Under the pieces are notes generated by a model. It saw nothing but the letters and a program-made list of their open reading frames with translations, was not told the DNA's origin and did no database searches. The position numbers and the translations under genes are program-made. DNA of 64,000 nt from the human T2T-CHM13v2.0 reference genome, Homo sapiens. The stretch lies in the NCBI RefSeq assembly GCF_009914755.1, contig NC_060925.1; one strand, 5' to 3'. This document shows positions 41,376 through 55,440 of this stretch, in pieces. Position 1 is the stretch's first letter. Every line of letters begins with the position of its first letter.

Positions 41376-42234
41376 ATGGGATTTGTGGCAAAGAAGTGAT
41401 GCTCTAGTCCTCCACTTATGAGGATTTAATGACTGATGCAGTGAGTGGGCCTTTTTATAAAGTGGCAATGCGCCTAACTTAGCATTCTAGAATGAGATGT
41501 TTATTTCAGTGATAAAAACTTCTTATAAGTTCAGACACCTCAAACAATATCCTTTGTGTTCAACGCTTAGAACCTGGTATGGGAAAAAGGGGAAGTTATA
41601 AAGATTTCAGATGAAATCCTGACTTATTTTGCATGACATCTTTCATGCAGAAAGTATTGGAAGCTGCTTGGTAGTCCAATGCCTCACAAGTAAATTTCTT
41701 GCAATGTATTTATTTATACTTATATCACATAGCTGGTTGATTAGATTGTGTATTCATTTCCTCAGATACTCCCACTTGGAGTGGTAAAAAGTCAAGTAAG
41801 TGCATATTCCCACTCTCTGTTTTCGAAGCAAACAGTTGGCCCAGTGGCATCTACATCAGATAGAACAATAAGAGCAATGTCAGCCCCAGAGAATGAGAGA
41901 TCTTTGTTATGTGTAGCTTGATTCAGCATCTCAATCTTGTTGGGAAAAGAATTCTGGAGAAAAAAAAAACCCATGACTTAAGTAATTTTTAAAATCATGA
42001 TAACCAAATATAGAATTAATTGGTCTTCAAAAAAATCTCAGAACAGTCATTTTAATAAATTCACTGCAGTTCTCAACTGCTATGAAGAGATGGGACCAGT
42101 TAATTTTGTTTACTTGAAATTTTTAGTTCAGAAAAACAGATTTTTGTATTTTTCAAGGTATCCATGGAGTTTCGCATGCATTGAATTCAGATTTAAAAAT
42201 AATATGCAATTTACTTACAGTATTACTTTGTTTT

Positions 42235-44280
42235 CCATTCATTACCACAAATATTTACTGAGCATCCATTATGTAGTAGACATTATTTTATGCACCAGAG
42301 ACACAGTGGTGGGCAAGACAGTTAAGGGCTCTGAACCCATGGAGTTTACAGGCAACAAACAAGTAAAGAAGTCAGTACTATCAATAAATTAGTCTAGATA
42401 AGGTAATCTGGTGTGGCAGGGGAAGATGGGAAGTGTGACACTGACCAGAGGGGTGCTCTAGGGGGTTTATCTGAGTAAGTACTGCCCAATGAAAAGAAGG
42501 CAATAAGGAGCCAGTCTGAGAACATGCTCAGGCTGAGCAGCATTTAAGGCAGATGGAACAAATGCAAAGATCCTTCCATGAGAATGAGCTTGCTGTGTTT
42601 TAGGAACTGAAGGAAGGCCAGTGTGGTTGGGGCCTAGAGAGGGAAGGAGATGGTTTTGGTAGTGAGGTCAAGGAGATAGGTAGGAAGGGCTTTGTGAGGT
42701 CTGGCAGAAGGCTGGATTTCATTTAAAGGATTATGGGAAGCCAGTGGGAGGTTTTAAGTAGGGAGTGACACCATCTGATTTGTGTTTTTAAAAGATCACC
42801 ATGGATGCCATAAGAACAATTTAAAAGATTGTTTATTTTAGCAGTCCAGCTGAGAGGTGATGATCAAGCATTACATGCTTTTATTGTATATGTACAGACT
42901 TTATATGTACATATTTTTATTTGACTGAATTTGGAAGAATCAAGTAAAGGTTATTTAGGGACTATAATAATGTCACTAGATAGATTCATTAGATTAGAAA
43001 CATATCCATTTAATTAATATTCATGAAGAGCTTATTGCTGATTTGGTTGAAGGCCAATTTCTAGAGATTTAAATATGAATAGTCTTTGCTCTTAAAAATT
43101 TTACAGTCTAGTGCGGGATACCTATAATTAAATAAATACAACCTAATATGGGAAGTATATGGCTACTATGAATAAAACTGTAATAAATGTTTCTGGCCAT
43201 GTCTTTTGGTGGGCATATACACTCATTTCTGTTGAGAATATGTCTGAGTGAATTGGTGAATTATAGGATAGGCATGTCAAGCTTTAGTAGCTTGTTGGAC
43301 TTTATTATAAAAGCAGGATTTGTACTTTAGAAAGATCATTTTGTATATGGATGAGTGGTTGAAGTGATAAGACTAGAGGCAAGTGAGACTAGTTAGGTGC
43401 CTATTACTCATACCCAGTTATGGACTGAGATGTAAATTAAGGCAAAGGCAATGAGGCTGAGGAATGAGAATGAAGTGGGACGATATAGGAGATGGAAGAG
43501 GTTGGATTTTGGGGGGATGAGGGAGTAAGGATGATCTGTACATTTATGACTTGGGTCATTAAGTCAGAGGCTAGAAAAGGGGTGAGCTTTTAGAGGAATA
43601 AAATGAATTTCCTTATGTATGTGTTAAATTAGAGTTGTCTGTGAATTATTCAGGTGAATGTGGTAATTGGAAATTCAAGTCTAGAATTCAGAAGAGAAGT
43701 AAAAGCTGTAGATAAAGCTTTGGGAGTTAATATAATATTTGTGTTAGGTGAAACTCTAAGGATATATGTGTGGGATGACCAGAAAGAGTATAGAAAAAGA
43801 GGAAAGAAGGTTGTGGTTAGAAATGTTTCCATATTGATGGTAAGTGAAGGATGAGGAACTGTTGATGAGCCTTTAGATTCACAGAAGATTTTTGAGGAAG
43901 ATGAGATAGTGTGGTTAAGTCTGACTGTGGGTCCAGACTGCTTGAATTTGAATCCTGGCTTTTCTGCCTCTTAGCTGTGTGACCTGGAATGAGTCACTTA
44001 GCCTCTCTGGGTCTCAGTTTTCTTATCTGTAAAATGGGGATAATAAATGTATCTGCTTTATGAGGTTATTATAAGATATATACAAAATGCTTGGAATTGT
44101 TGTTGTTATTGTTATTCTTGAGAAAATGATGTTTATAAGGAAAAGGTACGGAGTTTCAGGCGGGAATCAATAGTGCCGATTCTACAGGGATATCACAGGA
44201 GGTAAGTGCTAAAACATTTCCAAAGGATTGACAACCAGCTGGAAGAGTAATGGGGGCAGAAACAAACTCTGTAGGCTAAT
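42235..44280 (-). mobile_element. Cluster of L2 fragments (with a short L1M piece ~43170-43290 and a MIR)
   Basis: caaatatttactgagcatccattatgtagtagac... and several further L2-like blocks; internal boundaries approximate. Confidence 0.65.
43905..44115 (+). mobile_element. MIR
   Basis: tagtgtggttaag...ccagactgcttgaatttgaatcctggct...agctgtgtgacct...ctcagttttcttatctgtaaaatggggataata. Confidence 0.88.
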
Positions 44281-44439
44281 CATAATACCGTCCCTTTTTG
44301 TAGGAACACCTATTGAATTTCATAACATAAACACACAAGCAAGATCACATGGTTTGCTTGAAAGCCTCTCAGGTTATTGACATAAGTGCTAGTAATACCT
44401 TAGTTTAATATATAGTTCTTTAATTTAAAGCAGCTCAAA

Positions 44440-44565
44440 GTGTATCCTGTGTTCTTTTGCATCACCCTCATAACATCAAGGTGAGTTAAGGAAGATGAAG
44501 ATAATATTCTTAGTTTACAAATGAGGAAACTAAGACTAAGAGAGGCCAGATGACTTTATCCAAGC
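44440..44565 (-). mobile_element. MIR fragment
   Basis: tttacaaatgaggaaactaagactaagagagg. Confidence 0.7.
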
Positions 44566-44659
44566 TTTTATTAATCAACTTCTCTGTTATCCCATCAATA
44601 AACCCTAGTCATCCTTGTTTTCACATTGTCAAGCATAGTATAGCTCAAAGGGTAATCAA

Positions 44660-44810
44660 TAGAGATTCTGCAGTTTAGAATCACCTAGGATGCTGGTTAA
44701 AATGCAGACCACCTAGCCCTTGTTCTGGGTCTACTGATCGGAATCTCTGGGGCATGGGCTCAGGAATCAGTTTCTGCCCAGCACTCCAGGTGATTCTCTT
44801 GAAAACCCTT
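44660..44810. mobile_element. MER5-family element
   Basis: tagaatcacctaggatgctggttaaaatgcaga...gaatctctggggcatgggctcaggaatc...ccaggtgattct. Confidence 0.75.
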
Positions 44811-45962
44811 TAGTGTATTTAAGAGAACAGGCAAATAAATCCATAAATGTATCTTGTTTATTAGTGAGATTTTTCACAAAAAAGTGTTAAAATATTTTGT
44901 ATTCAGAAACTCAGGCTACTATAACTAAAACCTTAGAACCTTGTTCTGAACATATTGTATGATTTGCTATATTTTTGCAGTTGAATAGTACTTTTGGTTA
45001 AAAGTAAAACTGATTTGACCTTACAAATGAATAATAGAATCCATTGGTAAGTTACCACAGCACTGCTGGAGAAGTCACAGAGAAGCTATGGCTGAGGACT
45101 CTATTTTATATCGATTCGGTTAATGGCCCTACCTGCAGTTAGTATTTTTAGTTATATAGTATTGATTAGAAAGAGTTGCTCTCCCTATATTTATAGCTTC
45201 AGTATGCATATGATGATGAAATGAGCCATATCTCTCTCTGTTTTTTTTTTTTTTTTTTAGCATAGCAGCATAAAACTCTGAGGCTCAGGTAGCTTTGAAG
45301 ACTGTCTCTAGGAGGTGGGACCTCATAAGAGTCTAGGCCAGGTCTAGGTGGTAAAAGCCTCGTGAATTTACTTTCTTATTTAATTGTAGAGGAGGTGCAT
45401 TTATCTGTATGAGTTGGCGTCTTATCTGTCTATTAATTTGTTGTATCTCTGGCTTCCAGCAGCCCCATAGTAGGAACTCAACAAATATTTGCTGAATGAA
45501 TGTATCTACTCAAGTGTATTTAGGAACAAACAAAAACAACCAAATCAAAAGGAATTATCCTAGCTCACTAGCGAGATAGCTAGTTCTAGAAAGCACTAGC
45601 AAGTAGCTGATAATTAATTGAACTGGAACTAGAAACAGAGTCTAGTTCCTTGCCCACCCTCCCCTTCATTTTTTCCTGACTGCCACCTTTATCATTGAAT
45701 CCTAAGGTTGCGAGAGGCCTTACCCCATCAGTTCTGCAACTCCCTCTGTGAGGCTCCTGCTTATTTACCTGGCATGTATTTAATGTCTATGGCATATGCA
45801 CTAGTACTAAGCTCTGTACCCCTTTCTTTACACGTCATTAAATGAAGAAATTCACACTCATACTATCATCTCTAAGGTTTTTAGAGAGTAGAAATTCCTT
45901 ATTCCTTTTATAGATTTCCTTAGTACCTCATTTGAGTTCTTGGCACAATGGAGGCTCTTCTC

Positions 45963-46276
<314 letters not shown>

Positions 46277-47264
46277 TAATACTGTTTTAATGACTGATAC
46301 CAAGAGCGGGTCACAAGCCATGGAAATGATGAGCATCTTCTTAGGAGGATAAATATTTTCTTTTCAAACAAATGCCTATCTTTTTACATAAAATTTTGAT
46401 CATTAATATCTAGTAAACAAAATGTTTGCTTTCTTGGTTTCTGTTCATTTGGACAAATTGGATCTGTGTTTTTTTGCCAGCTACCAGGCCTTTCTATATG
46501 CTACTTTCTTCTTTAAATGTTTTTTTACAAGTCAGAATTTATAAATCTGCCCTTTTGTCTGGCTGTATCCCATAATCAATCATATTGTCATTCTGCTTTC
46601 ATTTCCCTTTATTTCTGAAAATAGAAGGAAACTGTCTTTTGACTAGAGAGTAGATCTCTAAACCTAGCAGGTAGGAAAATTATTTAATAATCTGGAAATC
46701 AGAGCAGAACACGAGTGCTTTCCATGGATTCCCAGTCTGTATTACCCAGTAGTTTCTCGTGCAGAAGCCAGCTTCTCCTGGCTTTCCTTGAGCCCTTGGG
46801 TTAAGTCATTCATCCATCTTTCTTAGACTCTTAGACTAAATTTACTCATTTAAGAAACTATAATAATGAGAGGGATTTTGTTTCCCCCCAAAGAGAGTCT
46901 TTGGCACTAAGACGTTATTTTTTGTCTTTAGGTGTTAAGGATTTCAGTCAGTGTCAAGAGGTAAGAAGGATAATACCAGAGATAATACCAGATGTAATCA
47001 GACTTAACTTTGGGTGAAAGTAGTTGGTGTAGGGGAAAGAAAGTGAAAAGTATTTGTAGAGTGCTGAATAGCTTGTAATCTTTCAACATGCCTTAGATCT
47101 ATTATCTAACTTTCTCTTTCTTACAAAAATCCTATGAAGTCTGTAGATTCTGGGCAATTGAGTTCTGATAATTCTTGGGTGTACAGATATGGAGATTGAG
47201 TACCCAATACCGTATTGCTTTGTGTTTTTAGGGAATATTCCATGATTGAAAGACAGGGCTGGTT

Positions 47265-47430
47265 TTATATCCTTGCTTTAATGCCTATGCTAATTGGCTG
47301 GGTAACTCTGGGTGTGACCCCTTACTTCTCCAAACCTCTGTTTCCTTAAGTGGGAATAATTCCTACACTACAGGGTTGTTGTAAGGGTTGAGCATCTAAT
47401 CCATAATGTGCACTCAGTAAATACAAGTTA
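47265..47430 (+). mobile_element. MIR fragment
   Basis: cttacttctccaaacctctgtttcctt...acagggttgttgtaaggg. Confidence 0.55.
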
Positions 47431-47526
47431 GCCTTCTTTCTTCATTTACAGTCTAAGAATGGTTTTCTTAGAATTAATGTATAGCTTATGAAGAAGAAAA
47501 CCTATTAAGAAAAAAAGCCAGTTTAG

Positions 47527-47851
<325 letters not shown>

Positions 47852-48998
47852 TTCAGTGTATGTTTCAAAGAGGTATACTCAGGATACACGCAACTGTTTT
47901 TCATAGAACTTTGCCCTAGGTTTGATCACCTAATAACATGCTTGAAAGACACCTGGTGGGTTTATCAGTAGCCAATTCTAGCAAGCCCATGATCTAGGAA
48001 TATTATACGTGCCAAAAACAGTGCTGAGGGATAGAATACTTGCCAGAGACACTGCAGCCCAGAGGTTTGTGAGTCATAAAGCTACATCTTACATCTGAAT
48101 TTATAAGTCCACATAGACTTTAAATATTTCATTTTGGAGGGGAAGGGATCAAACTAAACAACGTCATTATTACTTGAATTCCGAGATCCAGGGGAGTAAT
48201 AATTTTATTGTCATTTTGGATAATGGGGCTTTGGTTTTTAACATTACAATAATAGGTAATCATAACAGTGGGAACTAAATGTTCCCATAGGAATCGCCTA
48301 GGTAGGGAAAGTGCAGAAGATTCCTTAATGTGGTATACGGAGTAAGAATCAAAAATTAATGACTTGACTTTAAAGTTTGGAAACATCAGTTAGTTGCTAC
48401 CCTTCCCCGTACTCTCCCTGGAGGATTGGTGAAGGAGCACTTATAAATCTCACAAGGAGATAAAGCCCCATGGAGCTGTCTGTGGGATTTATGGCATGCT
48501 GGGAAAGCTTCTGGGCTGTGGGGAAGCCTCTCCATTCATAGCAGGCTTCATTCACAGAGAATATTAGGTCACACAGAAGCTCACTACCCCCTGCTGACCT
48601 TTACAGACAGAGATTGGTTGGGCTGCACAAAAACAGAATGGACTCAAGCAAGCCAGGGCACCTGTTAACCTGTGACCTTAGTTTATGAAGACCTTGGACA
48701 TTTGAGGCTCTGAATGAGAGAAAAAGGAGGGAGCTATGAATTTTGGAAGTTCACTCTGGATACTAATTTGTATGTGACAATTTGTGATCTTATTTGGCAA
48801 ATGCAACAGTGACTATTTTAATTCAAACTCCTCTCCCTCCGTGCAACTCTTAAATCCTTGAACTTCTCAAAATTGCATGTGATGTATTCCTTTTATAAAG
48901 TAGGTAACGAAGTCATTGAAACTAAGTTTTTGCCCTAGGTCCGACAGTAAATTGGCTCCAAATGGAAATGCAACCTGTTAATTCATAACGCCTTAGTT

Positions 48999-49341
48999 CA
49001 GCAGTCCCCAACCTTTTGGCACCAGGGACTGGTTTTGTGGAAGACAGTTTTTCCATGAACGGGGGTTGAGGGGTGTTCGTTTCAGGATGAAACTGTTTCA
49101 CCTCAGATCATCAGGCATTAGTTAGATTCCCATAAGAAGTGTACAACCTAGGTCCCTCGCATGTGCAGTTCACAATAGGCTTGGCGCTCCTATGAGAATC
49201 TAATGTCGCCGCTGATCTGACAGGAGGTGGAGCTCAGGCAGTAATGCTGGCTCACCTGCCACTCACCTGCTGCTGTGAGGCCCGGTTCCTAACAGGCCAT
49301 AGACTGCTACTGGTCCATGGTGCAGGGGTTGGAGACCCTTG
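48999..49341 (+). mobile_element. MER1B (hAT-Charlie)
   Basis: TIRs cagcagtccccaacc / ggttggagacccttg; 8-bp TSD ccttagtt / ctttagtt. Confidence 0.9.
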
Positions 49342-50054
49342 CTTTAGTTATTGGCATTCTGAGTTTCAAGCAGAAAAGTATCAGATGAAAGTGAAATTAT
49401 TTTATTTGAAAAATGTGGTCGGCAAGCTTCTTAAAATCCACTTAATATTTAAATTTGCTTTCTGGGAAACTTTGGAATCCTTAAAGGATGACCAGAATGT
49501 CAGAAATGGAGATTTGTGTTAGAGAAGATAGAATCTGTTATGGATTAATGTTGGACCAAGACTCCAGGAGTACTACTCTTTTTCAGGAGATGAGAAACAC
49601 AGCTTCCTGTTTCCTTCAGGAGGGTTCCTGGACTCTATCTAGGAAACCCTACTGAGACAGGATGGCAAAGGGGGATGGGATTTCTGTGTGATAAAACACT
49701 AGCTATTGTTTGTTATTACAGCTCCCTTTACATCTTCCTGAGGATGAAGGATATTCATCATAGAAGCCTGACCACGTGGCTTCATTCTAACAAGTGGCTT
49801 CAAGCAAGGTCAACTCTTGGGGCTCGTGTAGTTTTTTCAGAGCACATTCGTTTGTCATACACATGCCCTTCTGCCTCTCCTGCCTCCACATTTCTACTTT
49901 CTTCATAGTTCAGAGGTGTAATTCCCTTCTTCTATCAGATAAAGATCATGGTGACAACACAAATACCTTAACTGGAACGTACACAGAAAGAAAATGTCTC
50001 AGCCAGTGTGAAGGTGTCTCTTGACACTGACACAATCTGAGAGGGACTTCTGGG

Positions 50055-50243
50055 CAGGGGTATGCTGATAAACTGGCCCTCCAAAATAAAAACCCTAATT
50101 TGTAGCATTGCTAATTTTCATGGCGTAAATAGTGTCACCATGTCTGAACTCACACTACCAACATGATGCCACTGAATGCAGAGGTGAGGAGTGTGCACAT
50201 TTGGCTCGTGCAAGAGGTTCAAGCTGGCTCCAGCATACCGCTG
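50055..50243 (-). mobile_element. MER63A-like hAT MITE
   Basis: termini caggggtatgctg / cagcataccgctg; internal ccctaatttgtagcattg...ctaccaacatg. Confidence 0.75.
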
Positions 50244-51094
50244 TCTAAGCCTTGATATGTTTGTATAATTAGAGGGAAGGTACATATGTCAGCACATATG
50301 TGAATCTGGTGGTGAAGATTTCTTCTGGTTTCTCTGCCCAGAAATGCCATCATAGATCAGACGATGTATGAATTTGCCACATGTGCAAGTGCCTCTTCTG
50401 GTGCTGCCCATCTTTACTCTTGGAACCAGCTTAATTTTGGTACTCATCCAGATACCATCCTTAGCCTACTACTCTTCCTATTTTAATTGATGTAATTTCT
50501 ACATATTTCCATCTTAGACCCTTCTCCCAACTTTTAGATTCTAACTGCCTGTTGGACTTACCATTGGCATGGAATTCAGTACCTAACCCACCAAAATCTG
50601 ACTTCCTCCCCTCAATTTTCTTTCTTATAGGTGACACCATTACCTTTCCAGCCATCCACACTAGAAATCAGGTGAAGTTTCCAGATTCTTTATTTTCCTT
50701 CATTTTATTCTCTACATCCAATTGATCAGAAGTCTTGATGATCTTCTTTTTGATTATTTGATGGGAGGGTAAATGTGTCCCTCCCATCTGCCACCTTCTC
50801 CATTCCTATTATTGTACTAGTTAAAGCCCTTGCAGTTGCTTATCTGGAATATCCACAACTTTCGTACTGGTTTTTCCAACTTTAAAACTGTCCTCATCAA
50901 ATCTGTCCTCCACGTTGATTTCCTTGACTATGCTTAAAACCTCATCATTGGTCTCCCATTTCAACAGGACACAGAGTCTCAGCTCCTTAGCATGCAACCT
51001 AAGTCCTCCATAATCAGGTAGTCTCCTGCTGGCTCTCCAGCCAAAGCATTCCTTCCCTCTGTCATATTGTTTATGCAGCCACACATTTTCCCCC

Positions 51095-51790
51095 TGTAGT
51101 GGTGGAAAGGTATGATGCCTTTCCTCACCCATCATAAGGGTCATCGGTAACTCTCCTATAACAAAAGACAGGTTAACAAGAGAAAAGCATAACAGATTTC
51201 TTTAATCAAAGTTTTATGTGACATGGGAGCCTTCAGAAATAATGGCCCAAAGAGCCAGAGGAAACTTTCCATTTTTATGCTTAGAGTCAATGAAGAATGG
51301 ACAGCCATGTGGAAATGTGATTGGATGAAACGGGTATGATCTAATGGTAATAGACTAAGGGGGAACCCAGCAAGGCCTGTCTGTTCAGATTCTTCCTGGC
51401 CACTCTTTGTAGTATTCTTCTTTCCCCCTGGGTGTGGGCCAGGACCCCTATGGAATGAGGGTCTTATGATCTACTATCAGACAAGGTAGGTCAGAGAATT
51501 TATGGTCAGCTTCTAAACAAAAAGGTGAGGGAGGTTAGAGCAATATTTCCAGGCTTTAAGCCTTGCTTTAGGATAAGAGGGGGTTCTAGTTTCTATGACT
51601 CACCTTGGGAAGGAGGAATCCTGGTTTCTATGATTCACTTCAAGGGAGAAAGAAGTGTAGGAGACAGGAGGGCAGGAAAAGGTCAGAGAATTTGCTTCTG
51701 AGGCTGCTTCTGAGGCCTTCCAATTCCTTTAGTTCAAAGTCCTCAGCATGTCAAAGTTCCATACTTTGGGATAGCGTTTTCATGACTTTG
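51095..51790 (-). mobile_element. MER39-like ERV1 solo LTR
   Basis: ~700 bp; ataacaaaagacaggttaacaagagaaaagcataac ... ttcaaagtcctcagcatgtcaaagttccatactttggg. Confidence 0.75.
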
Positions 51791-51849
51791 TTAATGCTTG
51801 TTTCTCTGCCTGCTGTGCCCTCCCCAACATAGTTAACTCTCATTCATTA

Positions 51850-52209
<360 letters not shown>

Positions 52210-52479
52210 TTAAGAAGCCTTTTCTGACACCTCCTTTACACTGGGCCCCTCTTGGTGCTTCCTCCATGTCTTGCCTCTCTCTCCACCATTTTACTCACAT
52301 TTTATTGTAATGGTTTCTTTGTGTCTGTTTCCTTCACCAGACTGAACAACTTGGTTGCCAGAACTGCATGCTATTTACCTTTATATGTCTAGTACCTTGC
52401 ACAGTGCCTGGCACATAGTACCATTTAGTTAATATGTAGCTGAATAAGTAGATGAATAAATGGAAAAGACAGCCATTGT

Positions 52480-52675
52480 GTATGTGCTAGTAGCATAAAA
52501 ATACAGGATACACAATTACATTTCAAATTCAGATAAATAACAAATAGGTTTTTTTAGTATGCATAGATCCCAAACATGGAATGGGACATACTTATACCAC
52601 ATAGTATGTAATTATTCATTATTTCTCTGAAATTAAAATTTCACTGGGCATCCTGTAATTTATCTGTCAACCCTA
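52480..52675. mobile_element. MER53 (palindromic hAT MITE)
   Basis: aaaatacaggat...aattcagataaataac...gggacatacttata...tctgaaattaaaatttcactgggcatcctgtaatttatctgtcaacccta. Confidence 0.8.
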
Positions 52676-52706
52676 ACCTAGCAAAAAAGTGACTTCGCAC
52701 CCAATA

Positions 52707-52810
52707 TTAGGTTAGCACAAAGGTGATTGTGACAAGTTTTGGTTTAAGTTTTGTTAAGTTTGCCACTATTTTTAATGGCAAAAGCCATAATCACCTTTGC
52801 ACCAACCTAA
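52707..52810. mobile_element. MADE1 with ~24-bp insertion in the left arm
   Basis: ttaggttagcacaaaggtgatt ... aatcacctttgcaccaacctaa; TA at 52705-52706 and 52811-52812. Confidence 0.88.
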
Positions 52811-53093
52811 TAAAAGTTCACACAAGGCAGAAGCTCATGTTGAGCTTGACATCATGGGCCCTAAAGTATTTTCTAGACTTTACCTTAACATCTCTGAGTG
52901 TCCTGTGTGTAAATAGTCACTGTAGTACTCAGGTGTATTGGCCTTGTCATGTTCTGCTGGGTGTCATTACATACATGATTTCTGCTGAGAGAATGATGCA
53001 AATTTTGTTGCATGGCAAAGAAATTTATGCAGTTGAGTAATATGGAGAGATGAGCAGAGCTTATTTGTGAGTCAGCTTGTGGGTTTTCCTATA

Positions 53094-53292
53094 CAGGTGG
53101 AGTATCCTTAATCTTAAAACCAAAATTCAAAGTGCTCCAACATCCATGCTTATTGCAGTGTTTTGCAGTTTGGATTTTCAGAATGGGGATACTTGAATGG
53201 TAAGTATAGTGGGAATATTTCAAAATCTGAAAAATTCTGAAATCCAAACCACTTTCAGTCCCAAGAATTTGAGATAAAAGATCCTCAGCCTG
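53094..53292 (-). mobile_element. Tigger4a/MER46-type MITE
   Basis: TIRs caggtggagtatcc / gatcctcagcctg with TA duplications. Confidence 0.8.
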
Positions 53293-55090
53293 TATTGTGG
53301 TGGTTTGTTGTTGCTGGATAGTGGTTGTAGGGCATATGAAAAGGAAGCATAAAACTTACTTTTGGTGTTTGGGGATGAATGTAGGGATTGGGTGTGGGTT
53401 TTAGATTTTTGGAGGGAGTTAACAGCTGGAATAGTACTCACTATTTACTTTGCTGCTCAGGCCAAGATGCCTGAGAACTGATATACTGAAGAGTGATCAT
53501 GGTGTGGAGGACTCCATACTGTCTCCATCCTAATGAGATTGTTTGCTTAACACGTTCCCTGTTAAACTATCAGATGACTGAATTATTATTTTGATTGAAG
53601 GGACTTTTTTTTTTTTCAAATTAGAAACACCCAACTGGTTAACAGTTTATGTTTTAGAAGGTGAAAGAGTTTATTTTTCCATGACTGGAAACGGAATTGA
53701 AATATGGCATCTTTCATCTCTCACATGCCCTTTTTCCTCTCCGTCTCATGCCAAAATCGATAATTATGGAAATTACCTGGTAGGACACTTGGGCACAGTT
53801 TTAGATATTTACCCCATAGGACTCAGACATGTTCTCTTAGAAAAAGCTGGATTCTAAAGGCACAAAGATCAACCAAAAAAACAAACATGAAACATTTTTG
53901 TGGTCACAGTACCATGATCTTGTCAGTAAAGCGACGGTCTATGATTAAATCCAGATTGAGCTGTTTCCTGTTAGCGTGCTAACCCACAGGACAGGCTCAG
54001 GCCTCCGTGTCTTGCTTTCTAAGTCTGGGTTATTAAGCACTTGTCTGACAAGGGTTCCACCCCTTTCGTCTTCAACTTAATAATTCAAAGTTACTAAGAT
54101 AATATAAGCAAAAACAGGTCCTAAAGTCTCTTAAAACACTTACAGACCTATAGGAATCTTTTCTTGCAAAAATGAAACTTTTAACATTTTAGCTTCTCTT
54201 GTCGGGCCATATGGCAGAGTATTTTTTGTGTTTCCCCTCTGTACAGTTTCATTTCAAAATAATTTCAGTGGTAAGCAGATCATTTTAAGTTTTTGTTTCA
54301 TAAGAAATGTACTCTATTTGAATGTTGGCAAATTAGAAGTCATCAGATCTTTCCCCTGCCATAATAAGCAGGTATTAGGATATTTAGCAGTTCTACAGAA
54401 AATGACATTAAGCAAATTCTCTGATAACTTAACATGCATTGTTATTTTGTGTGAGAATGATTGTAGGCACAAGAGCAATTCTATACTTATTTTATGATAT
54501 TGTCATTGATGTTCACTTTGAAAATTATTTTTTAAGTCTAAATTTTCAAAATATTTTATTAGTCTTCTGTTAGGTCATATGTGGTTCTTCCTAATGCACA
54601 GATGCAAACCCTGAGGAACAAATACTGTTAAAGGGACTTACGGGAATCATGTATGCATATTGAAATTTTTTCCGAGTAAGAAAGTACTGAAAGAGAGGGG
54701 CTGGGTTAATGAGAAACATAATTCCATTCCCAAGGGAGAACCCTGGCTTTCTGCCAAATCTCTGCTTTCTGGCAGGAAATGGGACCCACTTCATCAGGTC
54801 CTTTGACAAGCATTTTTCTCTGTGTTTGAATTTTGGGACACGTCAATACTCGGTGAAAAAATAGTTCTTTTAAATAATCATCACTTTTGATAAGAAGGAT
54901 TTAGAATTAAAGTAGAGTTTCCATTGTAAGTAAAATAAGAATCGTCAAATTTCAACATTGTTTGGTAAGGGAACACTGTTATTATCACAAGGCGAGGAAG
55001 CTTGATTTAAATCAGAGTTTGACTATCCCTAACCACTGAGAAGCCATTCCTTTTATTGTTGTTAATATTTAACATTGAAGTATATTTTCA

Positions 55091-55440
<350 letters not shown>

